Part shown: positions 25,100-37,576 of the stretch, piece by piece
Layout of the letters: every line of letters starts with the position of its first letter
Position numbering within the stretch: the stretch's first letter is position 1
DNA from: Tubulanus polymorphus
Taxonomy: Eukaryota > Animalia > Nemertea
Direction of reading: 5' to 3'
DNA: 64,000 nt
NCBI RefSeq assembly: GCF_964204645.1
Contig: NC_134025.1
Span: 23,106,299 to 23,170,298 of the forward strand
Position numbers and translations under genes: made by a program
Notes under the pieces: model-generated
What the model saw: only the letters and a program-made list of their open reading frames with translations
Databases searched by the model: none
What the model was told of the DNA's origin: nothing

Positions 25100-28000
25100 A
25101 TGTCAATTGAGGAAAATAGGTGATGATAATGTTCATTGAGATTTTGAATAATAGTGTATTCTGGGTTCAATCTTACTCAAATCACTTAGATTCATGTATA
25201 TGTGTCTACAGTAACTCCATGCTTAAATGAAAAAATAGGTATAAAACAATCTGAATATAGGCCTGTGTATAATGTGTATATTCAAATATTTCTTACTCAG
25301 TCCACTAACGGTTAAAGAACAAGAGCAACGTCGATTATTACCGGCAAAAAGGCAACAGCAAATCAAGAAGTTCTTTCGTACGAGGTCACATTCTCTACGG
25401 AGTCTTACAAACGAATCCGTCCCCGAAGATGGTCGTTTCTCGACAGAAACAACGCCACCAACCCCTTCATCAGTACTCGATATCACTTTACCTCGATCAG
25501 AACTATCCGTTCGATACTCGCTTCACCCCAGTCCAGAAGGCTCAGATTCAGAATATGACACCGACATGGAAAACGAAGGTAAGATCCGTTGTCCTATCAT
25601 GTGCTTTGGTTAATAGGCAAGCAGATTTTAAATCATTCGGTTAAAATCAAGTGGTCATTATTTTTGATTTCTTATCCAGTCGAAAAGGAAATATACGACC
25701 CAACAGGCTGTTCCGTGTACATTTCCGCCTGTGAGAGAAATAACATTGTACCCATTCGTCACGTCCTGAACAATCTAACAAAGTCGACAATCAAGATGAT
25801 CAACATTGGCTTAGGACCTATTGATGTTTTAGCATTGAGCATGCCTCTATTGGTGAGTCCATGGGTCAATTGTAAAAATATATATGTCACTTCGATTGAT
25901 CTGTGTGGTTGTATTTTTTGTAGACGAATATGACAGTCACCGAACTCGATTTATCAGAAAATCGAATAGAATCGGATGGTCTGTTCTATCTGACCGAAAT
26001 GTTGAAAGAGAACGTGTGCATTACTGATTTGGTGAATATAGAATCTTCTCAACTCTATCAGATATCACAAAAACCTACGAAATTAAACGAATCTGGTCGT
26101 ATTATGAAGAATTTTTCACTCAGTGATACAAATCCCGTTCCATTGCTGTTGCAGAATTATATGAGGCCATAATATTATTGATTCTCAGCTAATTTCTCAT
26201 CAAACTTATGACTTTCAGAGACTAGCTAACAATAATCTTGCATCTGATGGGGCTGTTTTGATCGGGGAGATTATCGCAATAAACACTACAATAAGAAATC
26301 TAGACATATCCGGTAAGGTGATCAGAGCTTTTGTGGTAGTCTAACCGATTGGAAAGCCCCAATTCACTTGGGTTAACGGGAATATTCTTTAATTCAGGTA
26401 ACAAGTTTACGGACTCGGATGTGATTCATATAGCTGGTCCATTGAAGGTATAATTTAAATCTGGCATGGGATGTGATTACTCCGTTGATAACTAAACACT
26501 TCCAACTAATCTCATCTCATAAATTCGAGGTTTTTCGTTTTCTTTTAGAAATCACGATTGAGGTCACTGAACATAAGTTATAATGAATTTAGAGAAGAAG
26601 GCGGAAAAGTGTTAGCTCCGGTAATAGGTAAAGGAAATCAAAATGGCTCATACATACTTGGAATTTGGCTTTCAAAAGGTTCATCTCATTCAATATCTAA
26701 GATCGGTACGGTCTGGCAGAGGTCATGTTAAATATGGCTTGGGAATACCTCTCTCACTGATCCAGTCTTTTGTAGTTCCTCTAATCCATGATTGCTTTCC
26801 ACTGTTATCCGATACCCCGCCCCCATCAATTGAAATATTTTCCAAAGAGTTATTCAAATAGAAATATTTTTCTGGAATTGTCATGCAACAAGACAATGCT
26901 ATAAAACGTTTTTAGCTGAAAATGATATGTTGGAAGAACTTGACCTCAGCTGGAACCACTTCCGTCTAAAAGGCGCAGTTGCCATCGCGAAAGGGATCAA
27001 GGCAAGCATAAAATACTTCGAGCTTGATCATTTCATAACTGACCAACCTCGCTTTCTGATCCCTATCCGTATAATTAAAAGGAGAACGTTGGAATTCACC
27101 GCTTGGATTTATCTTGGAATGGATTTAGTAATAACGGCGCACTGGCGATCAGTCGCGCTTTGAAAGAGAACCGTACCCTACAAGAACTGGACCTATCCTG
27201 CAATCGAATCAACGTTGAAGGCATCGTGCATATTTGTAAAGCTTTGGAAAAGAACGATACGTTAGAAGTTCTCAAAGTAATTCGAATGTCTTGACTTTAT
27301 ACGGCGATGAAAAGAATCATACAATACATGTTATTCGTTTTGAAACAATTCAGGTTAACCAGAACTCAATTGGCACGAAAGCAGCCGAAAAACTTCTGGA
27401 AACTATTGCAAAATCTGCAACTAGCCGCATACAGCATATCGAGTTTACGGTAAATTTACCACGAGTTAAAGCCTTTGAATAGTTAGTTGATATGATAGAA
27501 TATTCAATAAGCATGTTTCATATTTGTTCATGTATATCTTCAGGATACTGAAGTCGCCCGGAAAGGAATGTTACTAATTCGTGAAATACAAACAAAGAAT
27601 GCGAATTTCGAAGCGTTTTTCAGTCGTTCAGTTTACAACGACGATCCATATGGTAAAAAAGTGCTCGAAAAAGATGCATGGTTCGGCAACCCGCTCCGAC
27701 TTCTCATCGAGTACATGAGAGAAAATAACTTCCGAGTTATGGATCTATTCAAAGAATTCGACAGAGATGGTAGCTGGACCGTTACGCTTGATGAATTCAG
27801 AAAAGGTGTTAAGGTTTGTATGTCCGGGGTGACATATTCATCCACCAGCGTAAAACATTTCTAAACGATCCATTTTAATGCATGTTTCTTCAGTTGGCCA
27901 AGATACCACTAAGTGACCTGCAGCTTGAGCAACTTATTGAACAGTTGGATGACAACAATAACGGCGAAATTGATTTCAGGTTGGTTATTATTACCAACTC

Positions 28001-28452
28001 TCAACTGGTTGTATATCTAATATATCTCATTTTGTCAACAATCATACCTACATTTCATTTTGCCCTGTGCTTGTAGTGAAATGGTTTTGGGTCATAGAAA
28101 ATTTAAGAGCAAGGAAAGACGGAGAAGAATCCAAAATGAGATGTTGGAAAAACTCAGATCAGATGTGTCTATCGAATCACCAACGAGTTCACCAATGCCC
28201 GTCAAAGTTTCCCCGATGTCATCTGCTCCGTCTAGTCCTAGACCAAAAAGCAGGCAGTCGCGGCCATTGACTCCAATAGCTACGTCAGGAAACTCTCCCA
28301 CCTCAATGAGATCGTCTGCTAGCAGGTCGAGGACGAATGGCCGAGGTTCATCACGTCGAGTATCGAGGGTACAGGAAGTGGATGAAAATGAGAATGCACG
28401 TCATGGTCCAAGAACGTCAAAACGCAAAAGTGTCACTACTACTGTCTCCTAA
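25100..28452 (+). CDS. LRRC74A-like leucine-rich repeat protein (28-aa RI-type LRRs) with C-terminal EF-hands and a Ser/Arg-rich tail
   Basis: First exon MSIEENS|PLTV is in frame. SDSEYDTD and YDPTGCSVYISAC; LRRs ELDLSENRI, ELDLSWNHFRLKGA, LDLSWNGFSNNGA; EF-hands FDRDGSWTVTLDEF and LDDNNNGEIDFSE. Confidence 0.85.
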
Positions 28453-28801
28453 CTTATAAACAAATATCATTCCGCCTCGAAGCTACTTATTTCCGACAAA
28501 TAAAACAGTACTCCATTATGTCATATGTTTGTTGTATTCTTAGTGAATAAATATATACTACATTCTATCTTTAGTGTGCTTTTATGTACATATAAATGCT
28601 TTCTTTGATTTTCGAAAATAAATGCATTTGAAATAAAATCTACACTCATATTGTTATCGTAATAATAAGTTAGGCTAAATAATTACTTTGTCTAAACAAG
28701 AAGATTTACTTAATGAATTCATATTTGATTGCACATTTCGCCAGTTCGTTTAGACCAGCACTAGCACATGGTAAACTTCCAAGATTTAGAACATGATCAA
28801 G

Positions 28802-31410
28802 TCAGTTGTCGTCGCCATTTTCTAAAAGACAGGCAATTTCTTCAGTTACTTTGGCAATAGCTGGGTTGTTCCTCCCGAGTATCGATAGATGTGGGATGAC
28901 AGTTTCAAAATCCGCCATCGAATCGGGCTCTCTTCGAGACAATTGCCCTAGAGTTTCAGCGGCAATTTCTGAAATCGGGGGTATCAGCCCATCAACCTCA
29001 TCTTCTCCATTTTCCGCATTTTGTTCTTCATGTATAACTTGATTGTTCGTCAGAAAGGTGTGCGTCTTCTCATCCTCAGATCGATTATCCGAGTTCTCCA
29101 AGATGTCCTCATAATCGAGTCGATCTTGTCGTTTGGAAATGAACTCCCGTAAACCATCGACAATAGGATCGTCTTCCGGAATACTTTCAACGTCGACGAG
29201 ATATCGAACTGTCTCCGCCAGGCAATCCTGGAAGCCAGCTCTGATGACATCTGAATGCTCCAGCGGAGGAAGTGGAACAGGGCCGTCGGTCACGTCAACT
29301 GGACTTTCATTTTCGCCTGAAAGATGAAATAAAAAACTTATCTTATCATACCGATCATACAGGCATTATAATAGCAATTTCATATAACCGGAGAACGAAA
29401 TTATCAATTAGTTCAGCTTTTGAACAAAGAGCATATTGTATTGTCATGCTAGTTTCTAGAAATGACTAGGATTTCAGCTGCTCTCAGCATCCTTCCGGCA
29501 AGGCACGCGGCAGCTGCCAACACGTGGCTATTGTTTCCGTTATATTGTTAGGAAAATTACGCCATCTGCCATGTAGCCAGGTGTTTTGGCGGCAACGTGG
29601 AATATGCAGTTGACGAATAGCATCACATGAATTATTTGATGTGCCTTCTTCATCAAACAATAAATTTCCTTGTTAGACCGCACGCGTCCGCGTTCTTCAT
29701 AATACATTCCAGGGTTTAATCTATTTATAGTCCTTTTTGGGCGTATAGGCGCGTGTAAACGCGTGCTTTATAGTAAACCAAACAATGGCAATGTTGGGAA
29801 CAATAAGGTACGTATCACCTGCCCCCGTGCCTCATGTCTTCCGAGACTTTTGCTTGATGATCATATCTAGATGTTGAAAAGTGATATGTTCAAGCATGGA
29901 CGTATAAACTAGATTATACTGTCCATGGTTCAAGCAGGTCCATCAGTTCTTGGGATCGTGGCTGTTTCTATATGAGCTACGCAACAATTCACGACTGCTA
30001 ATATAACATATGACAGTGACCGGTATACTTACAATTTTCGCTCCGTTCTGCCTCGGTGTTATTTGTCATGGAACGCATGTGATCCACTGTCATTTCTAAT
30101 AATCCTCGTTTCTGACGATTGCCCTGAATTGATAAAAACATATCAAATCGTGATAATTCAGTTAAATTCTGACGCAAGTGGCGATGATTTAAATTGCGGA
30201 GGACGTTATCATCAATCTGGCGATAACTTAGTCTGAATACCCGTCGCTGTTACCGGTTCCCGTTGTTTGTGGAACGACGGCTAGGTACTAGACTAGCGAT
30301 AACTATGTGTCGTACGCGATGTTGATTAAAATCGAAAGATCTTTTTTTAACCATAAACATCGTGTAGATTTTGTACCAAAGAGCTTCATCGGGTTTGCTT
30401 TACAGAGGTGTCTCGTAATTAAAAATCATAGCTTGTTGCCGAGCGAATTTTTCCGTAACGACGAGAAGCCTTCCTTTACATTTTAGTAAGGCTGTCACTA
30501 TTAATCACGCTATATGTATATGTAGATGAATAATACCTTTTCTTGTCTCATTGACGATGGCAACAGGTTCTTTAAGTCGTCCATACTTCGGTTGATTCTG
30601 TGCTTCCGTCGTTTCTCTACAAAACGTCTATACGTGTGCAAGTCCTCCTGTCAAAAAGAGAATTGTGCAACAACCGTCATTGATGGTAAACGCGCTCGAA
30701 TTCAAAACCACGACGTTAATGTGTATTTAATGAGAACAATCTAGTCGACACAAACAAACAGGTTTTTAAACTTCGTATTTCCCAGGGAACCACCGCAAGA
30801 ACCGTATTAGGTTCAACCGGTATAGTATCTCAGTAAAGAAAAGTTTTTTCTTATGTAAAGTAGACTCCGCCTAGGTCGGATTCGATCAACTCGAATGTTT
30901 TCTTAAATATTTTTTGACATACCATATATGAAAAACATAACATCCAACTCGGACATCAATTTGGACACATTTTGACGGTCCCAAAAGATCCAACTTGAGT
31001 GAAGTCTACTGTTTAGATAAATAAACATCACCAAAAAGTAACTTACCGTGTTGGTACGTTTTTTCGCTTTGCCGGCGTTTGACGCTCTTTGTTGTTTGTA
31101 ATGATCATTTTGTACAGCAGGCGCATTTCTGTAAAGAATGCACATAGAGTTCGATTTTTATCTAACGTTCGTGGATAAATACTTATCGATAAACTAAACA
31201 GTAATTGAATAGGACGACAATTTAGAAGTTTTTAGAAAGGATTATCATGATACCGATCAAACTAATGCGCTCAAATGGCTGCATATATACACATGAAATA
31301 GCTTTATATGGCATGGCCACGAATCTTAGAGAATATGCATAATTCAATTACCTTTCATCGGAATTATCCAACCCTTCTTGCATTAATATCGTTGCCTCTT
31401 TATTTTCCAT
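28802..31410 (-). CDS. Divergent bHLH-Orange transcription factor (HEY/HELT/cwo-related) without a WRPW/YRPW tail, 5 exons
   Basis: Exons at ~31410-31352, ~31128-31047, ~30647-30537 (HTYRRFVEKRRKHRINRSMDDLKNLLP), ~30123-30033 (KRGLLEMTVDHMR) and ~29317-28802 (Orange: RAGFQDCLAETVRYLVDVESIPEDDP). Confidence 0.8.
30229..30295 (+). repeat. ~70-bp mini-element (tagtct...agacta family), copy 2, in a bHLH-O intron
   Basis: tagtctgaatacccgtcgctgttaccggttccc...aacgacggctaggtactagacta matches the reverse complement of 8442-8515. Confidence 0.6.
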
Positions 31411-33764
31411 TTCGAATCGCGAGATGTATTCCGTGTTAACTGGGTATACTGTATTTAATCCCTTCGGAGATGCAGTGTATAATGTTGCTATTGCGAAAGA
31501 TACGCAGATACGTGCGGCCTGGATGTCGGTGACTGTGTGACAAGATGTTCAAAAGAGATGTGAACTATATGGCTCCGGGTTTCACGAGTTGTATTGTTCA
31601 ATTGTGTATGCGAGGATGGCTTTGTTCCATTTGCCCAATGAGAATGGGCGTCTCTCCAGTTTACAATGGAATGTTCGGGACCCGCGTCTGTCGCTAAACC
31701 CGCACGTGTATTTACGCGAAAGATTTCCCAGGAAATATGAAATACGTTGAGAGTAACGCATAATCGTCACCAAGGCCGTTGATTCTAACGGAATCTCAAA
31801 ATATGCACAATTGATTTCAAAAAATAGCGCACCAGGTCAAACCTACATTAGATATTCCGCCAATATTTGAATACGTGGTGCGCGTATTTTAAGTTAAAGA
31901 AATTGAAAGCATAGATCTACATATTCGGGTATCGGGACCGTTGAGAATAAGCGAGATGGCTTAGAAACATCTCTTGGAAATAAAATATCTATATTCATAT
32001 ACGTCTTGTTTTTATTGCATCATAGAGGCTGGACCGTTGAAATTGGCAATTGCGTAGTATTTATGACCAATGTACCTCTATTTACAATGTGCCTCTTTCA
32101 ATCAAAATGACGTAGCAACCGAATTGGAGAAATGAGTGCTGGCTTGTGTCTGAATAGCGATTGTAATTGTAATTGGTGAGCCCGTATATATCTTTTTTCA
32201 AAAAACGTGTCATTCGTGCGAAAGCAGGCCAACTATTGGAATTATCGCGTGTTCGGCGTAAGAAATTACTTCCTTGTAATTTAGAGAATTCGTCGTATAA
32301 AAACTGTCACCATTATCATACCACGCGGCCATCGGGACACGTGTTTCACGTTGTGGGAACCGCACCGTTGATATCGATTGAGATGTTATTGCTATGAATT
32401 GGTCAATTGTATATGTATCTTAATTTTGCAAAACAATCGTTTATGACCGGTCATCAGTCGAAGATATGGTCAACTGAAGGCCAGTAGGCCAGGAATCTCG
32501 ATCATAATTTGAGTCTGCGGACGTGTGAATATCTTATAACTACGGCACATGTTAGAATTTTTTCTATTCGTTAATCATCAAGTAGATGATGAATAGTTTT
32601 TCTGGAAACGACAGCGGGGCACTCGCGTTCACCTCATGCGCCCGTCACGACCCGGTCATGAGGTGAGCTTGAATAAATAGTATTAATTACTCAATATTTA
32701 CTTGAAAATATACGTTTTATTTTGGGCTCTCACCCGAATGCAGTTTTAGTGCCTTAGCACCATATCATCTTCAGCGGGAAGGCGACACTCATTAATATGA
32801 TTTGATAGAATTATAAATAAAATTCAGATGATCTTATTTCAGATCTTAGCGATACATACACGAATATGTGATGTTTTCCCAAAGTAACATATAGACTACA
32901 AAAGCTTAATCATATAGCCTCAGCAACCATTGTTTGGGTATTTGTTGTAACTAATTTCGCATTCTCTTTCGGCCAAATTGATTCCAATTGAGATTTTTCA
33001 CTTGATTGGATTTTCGTTGACCTCGTTTGTGGTGATGACAAATGATGTTGTTGAGGCCAACATAGCGGCGAACTTTCATATTGTGTCTCTGTGGTCTTAG
33101 TGTTGATACGTCCGTCGGCCATAGGAACAGGTGAACTACTATGTTTGGGCAATAACCTGTATCAATTGTGTTATTCACCTGTTGCGCACGCCTATTCATG
33201 ATGCGCAATTGGGTGACAATGGAGAAACTTGAAATTTCTTTAAGAAGATGTTTTATTTAATGTTACCATCCGCCACAGCTTTTCGACACATGCCTTTTAC
33301 CCGTGAGTGTCCATGGTGAGGACGTTATAAATGTATTAAATGGGCGCTAAAACGCACAGGGAAGAACCGACACCGAGAAATTAGCTATAGTATATAGTTT
33401 GCAGTAGGCCCGAGACGATTGAAAACCTCGTCTCAGCTCTTACAAGGGTAAGGGTATAAATGAATATAATAAATATACATGCAATTTCTATTTCATACCA
33501 TTTGTACTACATTATGATATTCGTATACGCGCACAAATCTGTTTGTCAATCACTAACAGCTGTATTTCTTCATTTTCGATCCACAAAACCGACGTCATCG
33601 TCGTAAACGCCTATACCAAACGTGGCTCGTTAGCGGGAAGCGAGGGATAATGATCTGACGACACCCTCACCCTCTACCGCAAAATCAGTTCCTTCCGTTT
33701 TTATTTCAAAAGAAAATGTTACGCTGAAACGTTAAACTCACAGCTAAGAATAGACACAACTTTG

Positions 33765-35894
33765 TTCATTTTCTTAGTTGAAGTTATATCAATGGAAATT
33801 GTACCATATTTATTGGGCGTCAAATTTTCAAAATTATTCAAAACAATGCAGGGAGAGTCCTGACCCCCTAAGTTCCAACCAAGACGAATCCGCCCAGATA
33901 TTCCTCATGCTAGGAACATGCACGTATCCACTATCCCAATCAATAATCATATAATATCATCCGAATAGACCAAAACTATGACCACTGCTAATAAGCGAGC
34001 CTTACTTCAACTTGAGAAAGCATTTATTATGTATCATTTCTTTCGAAGTTGCGAAGTAGTGGTACCTTCATTGACTCTAAAACGTTTTAGAGTCCATGGT
34101 ACCGTATAGGGGTTTTTACTAATATGGAAAAAAATCGGAATCAGTTAAGATGATTTTTATAGTCAAATTCTTTGCGGTACTACTTCGTTGAAGAAATTTG
34201 GGGTGCGGTATTAGAACGGATTAGAAAAAATAATTGCAGCCTCTTTCTTCGTTTACAACATTTCCTTTAGGTCGGAATTATTCTAACATTTACGTTCCCT
34301 ATACATGGAAAGTGTTCATCGTTCAGTGAGTCTTCAATTTTTTTATGATCCAATTTTGTTCGAAGGATACGTCATTTTGATTGATCCGTTCAGGGTTCCA
34401 AAAATACCGACAAGCGCATATGCTAACATTTATGATGGTATCTATACGGCAAGATGTATCAAATCATGTTGTTTCCAGCTCAATCAAGAGTTAAATCATA
34501 CTCTACCTAGTTGATGACCGATTGCTTTGACATGGTATTTGGAATCGGTCACAATTATGGTATCATAGGGTACATGAATGGGCGAACGATCTTACATGTT
34601 ACGCTTAGATATATCGTTATCATTCTCTAATCCAACGTGTATGGCTACAATTCTTATTGCCAATCAAACGTCGATTTCCCCTCTTTCAACATGCTCTCTC
34701 ATTTCAAAATTTCTGACGGCTGCGAATCGATTTTTCATGTGACAGTTTGATTGTCAGTTCGGAGGAAAAATAGGTATATCCAGCAACTTTAAAAGCTCAT
34801 GTACATCAAAATCAACTGTCATTCGTTGGATGGACATATCCGACACAAGAAAATATGCATATTCGTTTTCTTAGTTGAAGTTATATCAATGGAAATTGTA
34901 CCATATTTATTGGGCTTCAAATTTTCAAAATTTTTCACAAGAATACAGGGAGAGTCCTGACCCCCTAAGTTCCAACCAAGACGAATCCGCCAGATATTCC
35001 TCATGCTAGGAACATGCACGTATCCACTATCCCAATCAATAATCTTATAATATCATCCGAATAGACCAAAACTATGACCACTGCTGATAAGCGAGCCTTA
35101 CTTCAACTTGAGAAAGCCTTTATATGTATCATTTCTTTCGTGGTTGCGAAGTAGTGGTACCTTCATTGACTGTAAAACGTTTTAGAGTCCATGGTACCGT
35201 ATATTCTAGTGATTTTTACTAGTAAGGAAAAAAATCGCAATCAGTTAAGATGATTTTTATAGTCAAATTCTTTGCGGTACTACCTCGTTGAAGAAATTTG
35301 GGGTGCGGTATTAGAACGGATTAGAAAAATTAATTGCAGCCTCTTTCTTCGTTTACAACATTTCCTTCAGGTCGGAATTATTCTAACATTTACATTCCCT
35401 ATACATGGAAAGTGTTCATCTTTCAGTGAGTCTTCAATTTTTTTTATGATTCAATTTTGTTCGAGGGATATTTCATTTTGATAGATCCGTCCAGGGTTCC
35501 AAAAAATACCGACAAGCGCATATGCTAACATTTATGATGGTATCTCTACGGCAAGATGTATCAAATCATGTTGTTTCCAGCTCAATCAAGAGTTAAATCA
35601 TACTCTACCTAGTTGATGACCGATTGCTTTGACATGGTACTTGGAATCGGTCACAATTATGGTATCATAGGGTACATGAATTGGCGAACGATCTTACTGT
35701 TACGCTTAGATATATTGTTATCATTCTTTAATCCAACGTGTATGGCTACATTTTTCCCTCTTTCCACATGTTCTCTCATTTCAAAATTTCTGACGGCTGC
35801 GAATCGATTTTTCATGTGACAGTTTGATTGTCAGTTCGGAGGTAGCAACTTTAAAAACACATGCACATCAAAATCAACTGTCATTCGTTGGATG
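33765..35894 (+). repeat. Recent direct tandem duplication of a ~1.05-kb unit (A 33765-34832, B 34862-35894); possible decayed gene fragment
   Basis: The copies are collinear from ttcttagttgaagttatatc to caactgtcattcgttggatg, with small indels. Splice-like signals are present, but every frame I tried contains stops. Confidence 0.9.
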
Positions 35895-36821
35895 AGGAAA
35901 ATGTTTAAATACACAAATCTTTTCGCTCACGGTAAAATCATTGTTTCAATCGCTTACAATGGCTTCATTCATGAAGATTTTGTCCATCGCTATCGTCGTT
36001 GCCACCATAGAGCGTAAGTATAAATGAGACTCTTGCAATTTCTGGCTAACGTGTATATAATCCATAGATCATCGTACAAAAGTTATGAGTCAAGCTTTTC
36101 CTGATATTCACTTATTTTCACTCGGTTCGGATGGCTTTGAAATTTACAAACTCGTCTTTAAGTATATATGTAACTAACTCATTGTTTTCGTACGGATCCC
36201 CGGAGGGGACATGATGAGAAATAAATGTATTTTTTTCGTACGTGTAATCTTTTCGTTCGAACTGACATTTACAATGTAAATGTCAGTTTGTTATATTCTG
36301 CGAACAGTTTTTTCTCGTAAAATCTTTACGTAAATTGCCATGTCTCTGTATTATAATGAACTTGCTTATCTTAAACTGAGGGTAGGCGAATTGAATTGGT
36401 ACTTAGGATGGCCAGCCCCGCATTCTTGACCATGATTCCTCGGACTTTTTGCTCATCATCTCATTTTCGTTCTCATGCCAAGATTTTTTCTTAGTGGAAA
36501 ATACTGGAATAGTAAAGCATGTTACATATCATTTCCCCTTGTACCTGTGTATTTTCCTGAAAAAAAGTCCGTTCTCCAAGCAATTAATAATGCCTTATAT
36601 ATGATTCGTATTGCCTACATCGTCTTTTTAGTAAAGGAAAATCAGTACATTTATCATTATCAGATGTTGAGGAATAACATATTATCCGAATGTCTGCCAT
36701 AAATGCAAACACCCTATGACTCAGGCAAAAACTGAATTGGTGTGTTCATTCACAGAAATCATCTTTTGACGAAATGACGTTTTCCGTCTGTCTCAATCGT
36801 CGGGTTGTACCTTAGTTTCAG

Positions 36822-37362
36822 ATGGTTGCAAGACCAACACAAACGCAGAGAGAGATATGACTGAATACAACAGTAAACTAGCTATAGCTGTCGACGACGA
36901 CTGTGATTGTACATCGGAAGAAGATTGTGGGAAATGCGCTTATGCGAACGTAGATTGTAATTATGCACGAAAAATCGCAGTGGATCCCCTCGATAGATGC
37001 GTAGAAAGTGCAAAACAAATTTATAGTTCCATTGAAAAATGTGGTACGAAACACAGTGATGATAGTAATCCAAAGTGCATGATCGAAAGATGTATTGCGC
37101 TAGCTAGAATGCAACACTGGCAAAACTTAGGTATGGTAAACCTGCCGGTACAGTGTATCTAATAAAATATGCATATTTTCTTGTGTCGGATATGTCATCT
37201 TTTTAAACGATTCACGTTGGCAATGTTAACGTATCTTTAAAAAAAATTTTTCGTTTTCATTTAGGGTATGACAGTGGTTCATCTGTGGAAGATATTCTGT
37301 GCATAGATCAGGACATATACCAAAATGGTTTAACGCAAAATCACTGCTACGGCGTGGAATGA
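36822..37362 (+). CDS. Orphan cysteine-rich protein (last two exons; 5' exon not located)
   Basis: Acceptor tttcag|36822, donor 37130|gtatgg, acceptor ttag|37265, stop 37360-37362, AATAAA near 37488. The in-frame peptide GCKTNTNAERDMTEY..CDCTSEEDCGKCAYANVDC..HWQNL|GYDSGSSVEDILCIDQDIYQNGLTQNHCYGVE* has 12 Cys. Confidence 0.7.
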
Positions 37363-37576
37363 ACATAAATATTCCATATGATTGTTAACTGCAATTTAAG
37401 ATTTAACAGTCAAGAAAAATAACACTGTTTTGTCGTCAAAATTGTTCCTTTTCAATATGTATTTCTGTATGCATGCTCTATCTTTGAAATAAATAAATAC
37501 ACAAGCAATAATACTAAGCGGTTAATAATACATAAGAAGTTACGTAAAAGCTTTTGTTTAGTTTTTTCATCGATTA

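Noticed and set aside
33765-35894. Functional protein-coding gene in the duplicated unit
   Set aside because: Exon-like pieces exist (VGIILTFTFPIHGKCSSF; HGIWNRSQLWYHRVHEW), but stops and frameshifts occur in all frames tried. At most a pseudogene of unknown family.
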